Counted from the first letter of the stretch, positions 49,083-59,339 are shown. The stretch: 64,000 nucleotides of DNA from Candidatus Latescibacterota bacterium (GCA_965248755.1 OZ252149.1:3968001-4032000), one strand, 5' to 3'. The notes: generated by a model from the letters alone, not told the origin. Translations and numbers: made by a program.

Positions 49083-49946
49083 TTAAGCAACCTGGGGTAG
49101 TAGATAAAATTGTTTTCTCCACTCTTTTGGGGTCTTATATCCCAGGGATGAATGAAGCCTGTTCTTGTTGTAATTATCGATCCACTGAGATATGATCTTC
49201 TCAGCCTGTTCAAAGGATTCAAACTTGTGAAGCCAAACACACTCTTGCTTGAGGGTCCTGAAAAAACGCTCTACAACACCGTTCCAATCGGGTTTACCAC
49301 TTGGTATGTATTCCTGACGAATTCCCCAATATTCGGTACTGGCCAAATAGGCCCGAGCCAAAAAGATGGAACCATTGTCAGAGCGCAAAGTGAGACCCTG
49401 GGGGACAGCCTCCTTGGAAGTGTATCGAGAGATCACGGCCCGATCCAGGGCATCTGTGGCCTCCAGTGCCCTCCCTTTTCGACTAAAACGATACCCAGGA
49501 ACCTCCCGGCTTCCGTTGTCCACCACCGCAATAAGAGGACACCAACCATCTTTTCCACAGTAAATCTTTGTCAAGTCACTCGACCACAAACTGTCGGGAC
49601 TATCCACCACAGAACGCTTCTGGGCAACCTGTGGCCCCTTTCTCCCGGGACGATTCCACAGCTTACACTGCCACCCCTTAAGCTTCATTATCCTATGAAC
49701 CTTCTTGATGTTGACATATGCCCCTTCCTTGAAACGAAGATGCGCCCAAACCCGCCTGTGACCAAATGCCTCTTCTTGGTCGAGTATCCCTCGAATACGA
49801 AAAGCAAGCTGTTCATCTATCACAGACTCTTCGACAGAAGAACTGACACCTCTATACCTAAGCCTACACAGAGTCGAACGATGCAAACCCAAAGCCAAAG
49901 CTACCACCTTCCGGGAATAGCCTCGACCCAAAAACCGCTCACTCAA
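49083..49946 (-). CDS. IS3 OrfB integrase-like transposase
   Basis: FGHRRV, WSSDLT, RSDNGS, ERFFRTLKQE, RLHSSLGY. Confidence 0.93.
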   Translation of the reverse strand: MSERFLGRGYSRKVVALALGLHRSTLCRLRYRGVSSSVEESVIDEQLAFRIRGILDQEEAFGHRRVWAHLRFKEGAYVNIKKVHRIMKLKGWQCKLWNRPGRKGPQVAQKRSVVDSPDSLWSSDLTKIYCGKDGWCPLIAVVDNGSREVPGYRFSRKGRALEATDALDRAVISRYTSKEAVPQGLTLRSDNGSIFLARAYLASTEYWGIRQEYIPSGKPDWNGVVERFFRTLKQECVWLHKFESFEQAEKIISQWIDNYNKNRLHSSLGYKTPKEWRKQFYLLPQVA

Positions 49947-50272
49947 GGCAACCGCTTCGTTTTTTTTAGACGGGCTACCTCCTCGAGTATCTCCAACTGG
50001 AGGGTTAAGTGCCCTACCTTACGCTCCAACCGGCTGACCTCCCGCTCCTTCGCATCCTTGCGACCACGCCGAGACTTCAGACTCTCCTGGCCTCCTTCCA
50101 AGAAACTATCACGCCAAGCATACGCCTGTGACTGGCTAATTCCATTCTTCCAACACACCTCTGATACATTCGCTCCTTTCAAAACAGCCAACACCACCTC
50201 TACCTTACGGGTCGCCGTCCAGCGCTTACCATCTTTCACTTCGGGGCTTGACACCTTGACCTCCTTTCTCAA
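49943..50272 (-). CDS. IS3 OrfA HTH protein
   Basis: RWTATRK...VSEVC...YAWRDSF; A8 slippery run at its 3' end. Confidence 0.9.
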   Translation of the reverse strand: MRKEVKVSSPEVKDGKRWTATRKVEVVLAVLKGANVSEVCWKNGISQSQAYAWRDSFLEGGQESLKSRRGRKDAKEREVSRLERKVGHLTLQLEILEEVARLKKTKRLP

Positions 50273-50496
50273 ACCCCAATTTGCAAAATATTTGTCGCCC
50301 TGTCAAGGGGAGCGGTATGGCAAGACTCTCTTCTTCAAAGAAAAGTATCATTTATTTGTTATCAGGGATGACAATTTTGTATAGCATATATCCTATATTT
50401 TCTGGACAATTTTGGCCGTATCATTGGATGCCGTTTAAATATTTTATTATCATACTCGCGTCGATGATGTACTGCTTCCCAGGAAAGCGACACCAA

Positions 50497-51360
50497 TTAA
50501 GCAACCTGGGGTAGTAGATAAAATTGTTTTCTCCACTCTTTTGGGGTCTTATATCCCAGGGATGAATGAAGCCTGTTCTTGTTGTAATTATCGATCCACT
50601 GAGATATGATCTTCTCAGCCTGTTCAAAGGATTCAAACTTGTGAAGCCAAACACACTCTTGCTTGAGGGTCCTGAAAAAACGCTCTACAACACCGTTCCA
50701 ATCGGGTTTACCACTTGGTATGTATTCCTGACGAATTCCCCAATATTCGGTACTGGCCAAATAGGCCCGAGCCAAAAAGATGGAACCATTGTCAGAGCGC
50801 AAAGTGAGACCCTGGGGGACAGCCTCCTTGGAAGTGTATCGAGAGATCACGGCCCGATCCAGGGCATCTGTGGCCTCCAGTGCCCTCCCTTTTCGACTAA
50901 AACGATACCCAGGAACCTCCCGGCTTCCGTTGTCCACCACCGCAATAAGAGGACACCAACCATCTTTTCCACAGTAAATCTTTGTCAAGTCACTCGACCA
51001 CAAACTGTCGGGACTATCCACCACAGAACGCTTCTGGGCAACCTGTGGCCCCTTTCTCCCGGGACGATTCCACAGCTTACACTGCCACCCCTTAAGCTTC
51101 ATTATCCTATGAACCTTCTTAACGTTGACACATTCCCCTTCCTTGAAACGAAGATGCGCCCAAACCCGCCTGTGACCAAATGCCTCTTCTTGGTCCAGTA
51201 TCCCTCGAATACGAAAAGCAAGCTCCTCATCTATCACAGGCTCTTTAACAGAAGAACTGACACCTCTATCCCTAAACCTATACAGAGTCGAACGATGCAA
51301 ACCCAAAGCCAAAGCTACCACCTTGCGGGAATAGCCTCGACCCAAAAACCGCCCACTCAA
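50497..51360 (-). CDS. IS3 OrfB transposase
   Basis: DDE motifs as in copy 1. Confidence 0.93.
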   Translation of the reverse strand: MSGRFLGRGYSRKVVALALGLHRSTLYRFRDRGVSSSVKEPVIDEELAFRIRGILDQEEAFGHRRVWAHLRFKEGECVNVKKVHRIMKLKGWQCKLWNRPGRKGPQVAQKRSVVDSPDSLWSSDLTKIYCGKDGWCPLIAVVDNGSREVPGYRFSRKGRALEATDALDRAVISRYTSKEAVPQGLTLRSDNGSIFLARAYLASTEYWGIRQEYIPSGKPDWNGVVERFFRTLKQECVWLHKFESFEQAEKIISQWIDNYNKNRLHSSLGYKTPKEWRKQFYLLPQVA

Positions 51361-51686
51361 GGCAACCGCTTCGTTTTTTTTAGACGGGCTACCTCTTCGA
51401 GTATCTCCAACTGGAGCGTCAACTGCCCTACCTTGCGCTCCAACCGGCTAACCTCTCGCTCCTTCGGATCCTTGCGACCACGCCGAGACTTCAGACTCTC
51501 CTGGCCCCCTTCTAAGAAACTATCACGCCAAGCATACGCCTGCGACTGGCTAATTCCATTCTTACGACACACCTCAGATAGATCTGCTCCTCTCAAAAGA
51601 GCCAACACAATCTCTCCCTTACGGGTCGCCGTCCAGCGCTTACCATCTTTCACTTCGGGGCTCGACACCTTGACCTCCCTTCTCAA
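51357..51686 (-). CDS. IS3 OrfA
   Basis: HTH protein as in copy 1. Confidence 0.9.
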   Translation of the reverse strand: MRREVKVSSPEVKDGKRWTATRKGEIVLALLRGADLSEVCRKNGISQSQAYAWRDSFLEGGQESLKSRRGRKDPKEREVSRLERKVGQLTLQLEILEEVARLKKTKRLP

Positions 51687-51764
51687 ACCCCAATTTGCGA
51701 AATATTTGTCGCTCTGTCAAGGGGAGCGGTATGATATAGCGTTCACTTGACAGCAGAAAGGTAG

Positions 51765-52781
51765 ATGATGAAGACACTAGCGAGGAAAGTTGTGAAGAAA
51801 ATAGCTGAATCTATTCCTCTTTCTGCATATCAATTCTTGGTTAGGAGGGAAGTGATAGGGCTATATTATCATGTAGTTTCTGATGAACCTTTATATCACA
51901 TAAAGCACACTTGTTCCTATAAATCATCTGAAATGTTCGAAGCTGATCTTATATATCTGAAGCAAACTTATAACTTGATATCGTATGAACAATTTATCGA
52001 GCATTATTCTTTGAAAACCAAAATCATACCCAACTCCATAATTCTGACTTTTGATGATGGGTTTTCGGAATGCATTTCGATTGTAAGACCTCTCTTACTT
52101 AAGCACGAAGTTCCTTGCATTTTCTTTATAACAACAGACTTTGTTGACAATAGAACTATGTTTTACAAGAATAAGGTCTCACTCTGCATCGAAAGAATTA
52201 GATCCTTTGAAAATCTCGATGTTTTTAGCAAGATTAATAGTACTTTTGAACAATGCGTAGAAAGTCCAGAATCATTTGTTCAGTGGATTAAATCTTTGAA
52301 TTCCTCTGATGAAGATATTATAGATGAAATCTGTAACATATTAGGAATAGATATTGAACAATATCTTATAACTTATAAACCTTATTTAACATCTAACGAA
52401 ATCAAACTTTTGGTATCTGACGGTTTTACAATCGGTGCACACAGTAAAAAACATCTTAACCTTAATTTATTAAGTAATGAAGATATGGAAGAAGAAATCG
52501 TTGATTCTTGTAAAATAATTATGGACTTAACACAAAGTGATCACATACCATTTGCCTTTCCGTTTTCTAGCGACGGCATTGATAGGCACTTTCTAGAAAG
52601 TTTAATTTCAAAATATAAATTCATCGGATTACTTTTTGATACAAAAGGTTTAAGAAAAGATAAGGACTTCATAATAAATAGAATATTGGCCGACACACCT
52701 GGTGTAGGAAGTAAATTAAATATGCCACAAGTTTTGCGTGGTGCCTATCAAGATCACTTGATACGGTTGATTAGAAGATGA
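51765..52781 (+). CDS. Polysaccharide deacetylase (CE4/NodB-like)
   Basis: YYHVV, LTFDDG, IGAHSKKH, FAFPF. Confidence 0.9.
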   Translation: MMKTLARKVVKKIAESIPLSAYQFLVRREVIGLYYHVVSDEPLYHIKHTCSYKSSEMFEADLIYLKQTYNLISYEQFIEHYSLKTKIIPNSIILTFDDGFSECISIVRPLLLKHEVPCIFFITTDFVDNRTMFYKNKVSLCIERIRSFENLDVFSKINSTFEQCVESPESFVQWIKSLNSSDEDIIDEICNILGIDIEQYLITYKPYLTSNEIKLLVSDGFTIGAHSKKHLNLNLLSNEDMEEEIVDSCKIIMDLTQSDHIPFAFPFSSDGIDRHFLESLISKYKFIGLLFDTKGLRKDKDFIINRILADTPGVGSKLNMPQVLRGAYQDHLIRLIRR

Positions 52782-53911
52782 ACCTTCTTTTAGTGACCGA
52801 AGATTATCCTCCGGCGCCAGGGGGCATAGCTACGTTTTTGTACAATATTTGCCTCTTTACAAAGTTTGACATATCTGTCCTTACTGTGAAGTGGGAATCC
52901 TGCGACGAATTCGATAAAAAACAGAGTTATTTCACAAAAAGGATCGCTCCGCTAAGATACCTGGGGTTTTTATCTTTCTTTTTAAATGTCCTTTACTTGG
53001 TGATCCGAAGGAGGATAGATATAATCTTCTGGGGATATTGTGTCCCTCTGGCGATAACGGGTTGGCTTGTTAAGTCTATATTAAATGTGAGATTAGCTGT
53101 TTTAGTGCATGGAAATGACCTTAACTGTTCTCTTTCTCAGGGGAGAATGAGCAGGTGTATCTCCCTTTTTGTGTTAAGGCGATGCGATGTTGTCTTCACG
53201 AACTGCAGTTATAACAGGGACATATTACTAAAGCTTGGTCTTTTCCCCGAAAGGATAAAGATATTCCACCCTGGTGTGGACATCTCTGTGTTCTATCCCG
53301 AAAGTGTGGACGGAGAATTACAGAAAAGATACAATCTGTCGGGCAAGAAGGTTATACTGACTGTGGGGAGGCTCGTTCAGCGTAAGGGTCAAAGAGCGGT
53401 TGTGGAGGTGCTCGCGGATATTGTAAATAAGATTCCCGATGTGATCTACGTCATTGCGGGAGACGGCCCTGATAAATATAATTTAGATGTTCTAGTCCGA
53501 AAACTGGGCTTAGGCCAAAACGTTGTGTTTATCCCAGATCTTTCTTATGACCTTTTGCCTGCTATGTACAATCTATGTGACCTCTTCGTTATGGTCAGCA
53601 AAGAGATTCCGGAAGAGGGAGAGGTGGAGGGCTTCGGGATCGTGTTTTCTGAGGCAGGGGCGTGCGGCAAACCTGTGGTTGGGGGTAGGTCTGGAGGGAT
53701 ACCGGATGCTGTAGTGGATGGTGTCACAGGAATCTTGGTCGATCCCGAGGATCGTGAGGAGCTGAGGGAGGCTATTTGTTCTTTGCTTTCGGATCCTGAG
53801 AAAGCGCAGGTAATGGGACGAAATGGGCGGCAGAGGATGCTGAACGAACTGACGTGGGAAAAGGTCGTGGGGGAATTTGACGATGAATTGGAGTCGCTGC
53901 TAAGTAAGTAG
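52778..53911 (+). CDS. GT4 glycosyltransferase (PimB-like)
   Basis: DYPPAPGGI, VGRLVQRKG, EGFGIVFSEA, GGIPDAV. Confidence 0.93.
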   Translation: MNLLLVTEDYPPAPGGIATFLYNICLFTKFDISVLTVKWESCDEFDKKQSYFTKRIAPLRYLGFLSFFLNVLYLVIRRRIDIIFWGYCVPLAITGWLVKSILNVRLAVLVHGNDLNCSLSQGRMSRCISLFVLRRCDVVFTNCSYNRDILLKLGLFPERIKIFHPGVDISVFYPESVDGELQKRYNLSGKKVILTVGRLVQRKGQRAVVEVLADIVNKIPDVIYVIAGDGPDKYNLDVLVRKLGLGQNVVFIPDLSYDLLPAMYNLCDLFVMVSKEIPEEGEVEGFGIVFSEAGACGKPVVGGRSGGIPDAVVDGVTGILVDPEDREELREAICSLLSDPEKAQVMGRNGRQRMLNELTWEKVVGEFDDELESLLSK

Positions 53912-53937
53912 ACAGGGCACGTCACTTAGAAAGAGTT

Positions 53938-54009
53938 GTCAGACAGGAATGTCTGACCCACCTTCCTATATATGTTGGTGGTTGGTAGAACAGACATTCT
54001 TGTCTGTTC
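53938..54009. repeat. Inverted pair of GTAG/GTGG-type REP-like palindromes
   Basis: GTCAGACAGGAATGTCTGACCCAC (53938-53961) and GTAGAACAGACATTCTTGTCTGTTC (53985-54009). Confidence 0.7.
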
Positions 54010-54031
54010 TAAGGATTCTTTAAATAGATCA

Positions 54032-55270
54032 ATGGACAAAAGGAAAATTACTCTTATCTACTTTAGCGACTACTGGGACGAGCGATGGCGCCGCCGACAG
54101 CAGTTAGCTTACAGATTCGCTCAGCGGGAGGATGTACGAAAAGTTGTCTGTGTAGAATTCCCCTTACCGTTGACGTCGTTTGCTAAATACTTGGTCTACA
54201 AAGCTGACATTGAAGCGAGCGATCGTTGGGAGAGGGTCACAGAATCAGGAATGGGACGTTCCATGCTTGACGGCAAGCTGGAAATACTAAGCCCTGTCTG
54301 TGCTTTTCCCTTTTTCAGGAGGACTCTTCTTTCGAGACTGGATAAGGCCTTTTTGAGGATATTGACAGAGGTATTGATAAGACGAGCGATAAGCGACATT
54401 GAGGACAAATCTTCGATCCTCTTCTGGGCAAGTCATCCTTTTGCCGCCGATTACATAGGGAAATTCAACGAAGCGATGATTTGCTACGACTGCACCGAGA
54501 AGTTTAGTGAGTTCGATTTTTGGGTGACCCTCAGAAAAGAAGTCGAAGAAAAGGATAGCCTGCTTACTCAGAGGGCCGATCAGATCTTTACACAGACCCA
54601 ACCTCATCTTGTTGAGAAGAGGTCCGTTAATCCTAATGTATTTTTGATCCCCAACGCCGTTGACTTCGACCTTTTCCAAAACAGCTTGGAGGCTCCAGAG
54701 CCATCAGACTTGAAGGGCATCAAGAGACCTATCTTGGGCTATGTGGGTAGCATCAACTCCCGTTTCGACTTTGAGCTTATTAGAAGGACAGCAAAAGTCT
54801 ATAAAGATTGGTCGCTCGTCTTCATAGGCGATGCCAGTGAGAGTTCCGCAATAAAATCAGTAGAGGACTTAAAAAATATTTACTTTTTGGGTGAAAAGTC
54901 TTATAATATAGTACCGAGCTATCTGAAGGAGTTTAGTGTCTGTATGATGCCCTATATTAACCTTACTTGTTTGGGGAGCCCGACAAAGCTTTTCGATTAT
55001 CTTGCCTCCGGGAAGCCTGTCGTCTCGACGGATATACCGGGCGTTCGGGACTTTTCGGATGTCGTATCCGTATCTAAAACCAAAGATGAGTTTACAAAGA
55101 ATATAGGGATAGCCGCAGATGATAATGATCCGTTATCAGTCCTCCAGCGAAAAGAGCGCGCAAGAGAAAATTCGTGGGTTGTCAGGGAAAAACAGATATG
55201 GGACATTATTAAAAAGGGGTTATCTTCAGCGCTTCACAAGGAGATGACAGGGTGTCAAGTTACAGCGTAG
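54032..55270 (+). CDS. GT-B glycosyltransferase (GT4/TuaH-like)
   Basis: RRQQLA, YDCTE, IPNAVDF, PTKLFDYLASGKPVV. Confidence 0.9.
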   Translation: MDKRKITLIYFSDYWDERWRRRQQLAYRFAQREDVRKVVCVEFPLPLTSFAKYLVYKADIEASDRWERVTESGMGRSMLDGKLEILSPVCAFPFFRRTLLSRLDKAFLRILTEVLIRRAISDIEDKSSILFWASHPFAADYIGKFNEAMICYDCTEKFSEFDFWVTLRKEVEEKDSLLTQRADQIFTQTQPHLVEKRSVNPNVFLIPNAVDFDLFQNSLEAPEPSDLKGIKRPILGYVGSINSRFDFELIRRTAKVYKDWSLVFIGDASESSAIKSVEDLKNIYFLGEKSYNIVPSYLKEFSVCMMPYINLTCLGSPTKLFDYLASGKPVVSTDIPGVRDFSDVVSVSKTKDEFTKNIGIAADDNDPLSVLQRKERARENSWVVREKQIWDIIKKGLSSALHKEMTGCQVTA

Positions 55271-55320
55271 TTACATACCGCTCCCCTTGACAGAGCGACA
55301 AATATTTCGCAAATTGGGGT

Positions 55321-55650
55321 TTGAGAAGGGAGGTCAAGGTGTCGAGCCCCGAAGTGAAAGATGGTAAGCGCTGGACGGCGACCCGTAAGGGAGAGATTGT
55401 GTTGGCTCTTTTGAGAGGAGCAGATCTATCTGAGGTGTGTCGTAAGAATGGAATTAGCCAGTCGCAGGCGTATGCTTGGCGTGATAGTTTCTTAGAAGGG
55501 GGCCAGGAGAGTCTGAAGTCTCGGCGTGGTCGCAAGGATCCGAAGGAGCGAGAGGTTAGCCGGTTGGAGCGCAAGGTAGGGCAGTTGACGCTCCAGTTGG
55601 AGATACTCGAAGAGGTAGCCCGTCTAAAAAAAACGAAGCGGTTGCCTTGA
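55321..55650 (+). CDS. IS3 OrfA
   Basis: HTH protein; A8 run at 55626-55633 suits a -1 frameshift into orfB. Confidence 0.9.
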   Translation: MRREVKVSSPEVKDGKRWTATRKGEIVLALLRGADLSEVCRKNGISQSQAYAWRDSFLEGGQESLKSRRGRKDPKEREVSRLERKVGQLTLQLEILEEVARLKKTKRLP

Positions 55651-56510
55651 GTGGGCGGTTTTTGGGTCGAGGCTATTCCCGCAAGGTGGTAGCTTTGGCT
55701 TTGGGTTTGCATCGTTCGACTCTGTATAGGTTTAGGGATAGAGGTGTCAGTTCTTCTGTTAAAGAGCCTGTGATAGATGAGGAGCTTGCTTTTCGTATTC
55801 GAGGGATACTGGACCAAGAAGAGGCATTTGGTCACAGGCGGGTTTGGGCGCATCTTCGTTTCAAGGAAGGGGAATGTGTCAACGTTAAGAAGGTTCATAG
55901 GATAATGAAGCTTAAGGGGTGGCAGTGTAAGCTGTGGAATCGTCCCGGGAGAAAGGGGCCACAGGTTGCCCAGAAGCGTTCTGTGGTGGATAGTCCCGAC
56001 AGTTTGTGGTCGAGTGACTTGACAAAGATTTACTGTGGAAAAGATGGTTGGTGTCCTCTTATTGCGGTGGTGGACAACGGAAGCCGGGAGGTTCCTGGGT
56101 ATCGTTTTAGTCGAAAAGGGAGGGCACTGGAGGCCACAGATGCCCTGGATCGGGCCGTGATCTCTCGATACACTTCCAAGGAGGCTGTCCCCCAGGGTCT
56201 CACTTTGCGCTCTGACAATGGTTCCATCTTTTTGGCTCGGGCCTATTTGGCCAGTACCGAATATTGGGGAATTCGTCAGGAATACATACCAAGTGGTAAA
56301 CCCGATTGGAACGGTGTTGTAGAGCGTTTTTTCAGGACCCTCAAGCAAGAGTGTGTTTGGCTTCACAAGTTTGAATCCTTTGAACAGGCTGAGAAGATCA
56401 TATCTCAGTGGATCGATAATTACAACAAGAACAGGCTTCATTCATCCCTGGGATATAAGACCCCAAAAGAGTGGAGAAAACAATTTTATCTACTACCCCA
56501 GGTTGCTTAA
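55647..56510 (+). CDS. IS3 OrfB transposase
   Basis: DDE motifs. Confidence 0.93.
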   Translation: MSGRFLGRGYSRKVVALALGLHRSTLYRFRDRGVSSSVKEPVIDEELAFRIRGILDQEEAFGHRRVWAHLRFKEGECVNVKKVHRIMKLKGWQCKLWNRPGRKGPQVAQKRSVVDSPDSLWSSDLTKIYCGKDGWCPLIAVVDNGSREVPGYRFSRKGRALEATDALDRAVISRYTSKEAVPQGLTLRSDNGSIFLARAYLASTEYWGIRQEYIPSGKPDWNGVVERFFRTLKQECVWLHKFESFEQAEKIISQWIDNYNKNRLHSSLGYKTPKEWRKQFYLLPQVA

Positions 56511-57766
56511 TTGGTGTCGCTTTCCTGGGAAGCAGTACAGTTATGTTTGTCAGCAGTCTATTATCTCTGACGACAGGTGGCATGATATATCATGTTGAGG
56601 TGTATAAATTCCTGAAACGGAGTGGAGTATCGGTCAACGTAATCAATTTAGAGGAAATGCCGATCCTCATTAAAAGATGTCCTCTATTTTTGAACTTGAT
56701 TCTTACCAATTACTGGTTTATCCAGAAACTCCTGTCGCTAAAACTGGATCGAAGAAGAAAGGTCATCCTATTTGAAGATTACCACTTTCATCCGAGATTA
56801 TTTCTATTCAATCTGTTTGTAAAGGCTATTTTCAGAAGAGTAAGTGTCGTAACTATAGTGAATCTATCTTTATTCTATCATTCTGCTTTGCGATTCAGCG
56901 TGGCTAGGAAGATAGATGAATTTATTATCAAGGTATTCCTCAACCAGTTAAATAAGATATTAGTCGTCAGCGATAGCACGGAAACCGAAGTGCTGGTCAC
57001 AGGGGATTAAACCGTCTAAGGTTGAGAGGATCTACAACCAGATCCACAACCATTACGACGATATGTCCTCAGGAAACATCAGTGAAAAGACAGAATGTGC
57101 ACAGTACGGGAAGACGAACCTTCTCTTTGTGGGAAGATGCCATGTTGATAAGGGAATCGAGTATCTGTTGGAGGCAGTCGCTCTGCTCGGAGATAATGTT
57201 GTCTTGAATATTGTGGGTGCCACCGATCACGATCCGAATTACTACAGGAAACTAACTGAAATCATACAAAAACGCAATATAAAGGAGAAGGTCTTTTTCC
57301 ACGGATATGTAGATGATAAAAATAAGCTGAAGCAATTTCACGAGAGAGCTGATATCTTTGTCTTACCGTCAATTATCGAAGGATTCGGTATTGTTCTTTT
57401 GGAAGCGATGTCCGCTGGTCTTCCCATAGTCGCTACAAATGTGGGCGCTATTCCAGAGTTGGTAAAAGACGGGTACAACGGTATCCTTGTGCCTCCAAGG
57501 GATATGCCCTCTCTGGCGAAAGCTATAGATTCCCTGATAAGATCTCCTTCTATGAGAAGGAAATACAGTATCAATGGGTTCAAATACTACCAAAGCGTTC
57601 GGGATATTCATTCCTGGGATAACCACTTAAGGACAATACGCGACATTTTCAACCGATTGGCTGATGCGGTTTAAGAGGAAGGTAGACATAGCAATTGCTG
57701 ATTGAACTGCCCCCGCTCACGAGCGAGGGTAATTCACTAGAATTTAATCTAAAGGAGGGAATCACG

Positions 57767-57982
57767 ATGAGATATTTTACACTCTCGATAAGGACACTTA
57801 CTGTTCTTGCCTTGTTTTATTTAATTTTCCCTGATAAAGCGTATGCCTATATGGATATGGGGACCCTCAGCTATGTTCTTCAGGTGCTCGTAGCTGCTTT
57901 AATTGGGGCATTGGTGACAACTAGGGTGGTATGGTATAAGATTAGAAGCTTCTTCAAGAACTTATTATCCAGCCACAAATAA
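57767..57982 (+). CDS. Small membrane protein (AYxDxGT-type motif)
   Basis: AAGGAGG RBS; AYAYMDMGTLSYVLQVLVA...W.KIRSFF. Confidence 0.7.
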   Translation: MRYFTLSIRTLTVLALFYLIFPDKAYAYMDMGTLSYVLQVLVAALIGALVTTRVVWYKIRSFFKNLLSSHK

Positions 57983-58095
57983 ACTAAAGACTAGTGGAAA
58001 TATCCTAAGCTAATTTCGAAATGTCTATGAGAGGTTTTAGTTTTTGCAATGTTTGATCTTGTCGCCAATCGGCACGACCTGTATGACAGCTAGAA

Positions 58096-59244
58096 ATGCC
58101 AGTGTTGTCACACTTTCGTAGGGAAATCGCGGACTTTTACCGTTTCTTTCGGGAAATTCCTAAAGCAGAAAGGTCGATAGTTTTCTATGCCGAGCACAAA
58201 GGCTACTATCCCAGCTTCGAAGGACTCATAGAAGAGTTGGTTGGTAAGTACGAGCAGACTTTGTGCTACATCACCTCGGACCCAGATGATCCGATTCTGG
58301 AAACATCGGAGCCGAGAATAAGGACCTTTTATCTGAACAAGTTACTGCCTTTCTTTATGGTATTTGTCAATTGCAAGGTATTTGTCATGACATTGACCGA
58401 CTTCAATCAATCCTACCTTAAGCGCTCGATCAATCCAGTGCACTATGTTTATGTATTCCACGCCCTGGTCAGCACTCATATGATGTATCGATATGGTGCT
58501 TTTGACCATTATGATTCCATTTTATGTGTGGGTCCACATCATGTCAGGGAAATTCGCAAGCGCGAAGAACTCAATAATCTTCCTCCCAAAAGGCTTGTGG
58601 AGGCGGGCTATTATCGACTGGAGCGAATTTACAGGGAATATCAAAAGTATCCCGGAAAGAGACTTTCCTCAGGTGATAAACGAACTGTCCTGATTGCACC
58701 TTCCTGGGGAACTGATAACGTTCTGGAGTCTTGCGGTGAGCGTCTTGCCGATATTCTTTTGGAAGCAGGTTACGAGGTGATTGTCCGCCCTCACCCTGAG
58801 ACTGTACGACGTTCTCCTGAACTCATGGCTTTGTTTGCTTCTAAATTCGGCCATAATCCGAATTTCACTTTGGAGAGGTCTGTTGCCACCGATGACTCAT
58901 TGCTGCGGGCTGATGTCCTGATATGTGACTGTTCGGGGATTGCCCTTGAATACGCTTTTGGCACCGAGAGGCCGGTCTTATTCTTGGATGTTCCCGTCAA
59001 GATCCAAAATCAAAGATTTGAAGAATTGGGAATTGAACCGTTGGAGATGCCTCTCCGACCAGAGATCGGCGTGATTGTTTCTCGGGAGAGGTTAGATACC
59101 GTTCCTGGAGTTATCTCGAACTTAGTGGCGAATAGTGGAGCGTACAAAAAACGTATAGTCGAGTTGAGAGATCAGAACGTCTATGCCTTTGGACGCTCCT
59201 CGCAGATTGGCGCTCAATACATCATCGATCTTGTCAATGAGTAA
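58096..59244 (+). CDS. CDP-glycerol:glycerophosphotransferase (TagF/TagB)-family protein
   Basis: FHAL, GYYRLE, LIAPSWG, VRPHP, LICDCSGIALEY. Confidence 0.85.
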   Translation: MPVLSHFRREIADFYRFFREIPKAERSIVFYAEHKGYYPSFEGLIEELVGKYEQTLCYITSDPDDPILETSEPRIRTFYLNKLLPFFMVFVNCKVFVMTLTDFNQSYLKRSINPVHYVYVFHALVSTHMMYRYGAFDHYDSILCVGPHHVREIRKREELNNLPPKRLVEAGYYRLERIYREYQKYPGKRLSSGDKRTVLIAPSWGTDNVLESCGERLADILLEAGYEVIVRPHPETVRRSPELMALFASKFGHNPNFTLERSVATDDSLLRADVLICDCSGIALEYAFGTERPVLFLDVPVKIQNQRFEELGIEPLEMPLRPEIGVIVSRERLDTVPGVISNLVANSGAYKKRIVELRDQNVYAFGRSSQIGAQYIIDLVNE

Positions 59245-59339
59245 GATGCTTATTGCAGAATAGGGCGTCGAAAGCCGCGTGATAAGAGTCTTGCTTCGGC
59301 TGTAGCTGGGACTGGCCTAATCATAAAGGAATTCGACAC

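Larger units (their letters stand above)
49054..50319 (-). mobile_element. IS3-family element, copy 1 (1266 bp, variant 5' half)
   Basis: Ends TGTACTGCTTCCC / GGGGAGCGGTATG; orfA and orfB; no target duplication. Confidence 0.93.
50468..51733 (-). mobile_element. IS3-family element, copy 2 (1266 bp)
   Basis: Same ends as copy 1; ORFs identical to copy 3; no target duplication. Confidence 0.93.
55274..56539 (+). mobile_element. IS3-family element, copy 3 (1266 bp) with 4-bp target duplication GTTA
   Basis: GTTA|CATACCGCTCCCC...GGGAAGCAGTACA|GTTA. Confidence 0.95.
55252..57674 (+). pseudogene. GT4 glycosyltransferase interrupted by IS3 at codon 7 and frameshifted at 57002-57005
   Basis: GTG start 55252 continues in frame after IS removal (SSYSVV/MFVSSLLSLTTGG); C-terminal EGFGIVLLEAMSAGLP in ORF 57063..57674. 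Confidence 0.8.

Noticed and set aside
49152..51750. Long (394-410 aa) ORFs antisense to the IS3 transposases (also 55260..56441)
   Set aside because: Fully overlap orfA/orfB on the opposite strand, have no motifs, and recur only because the IS is repeated
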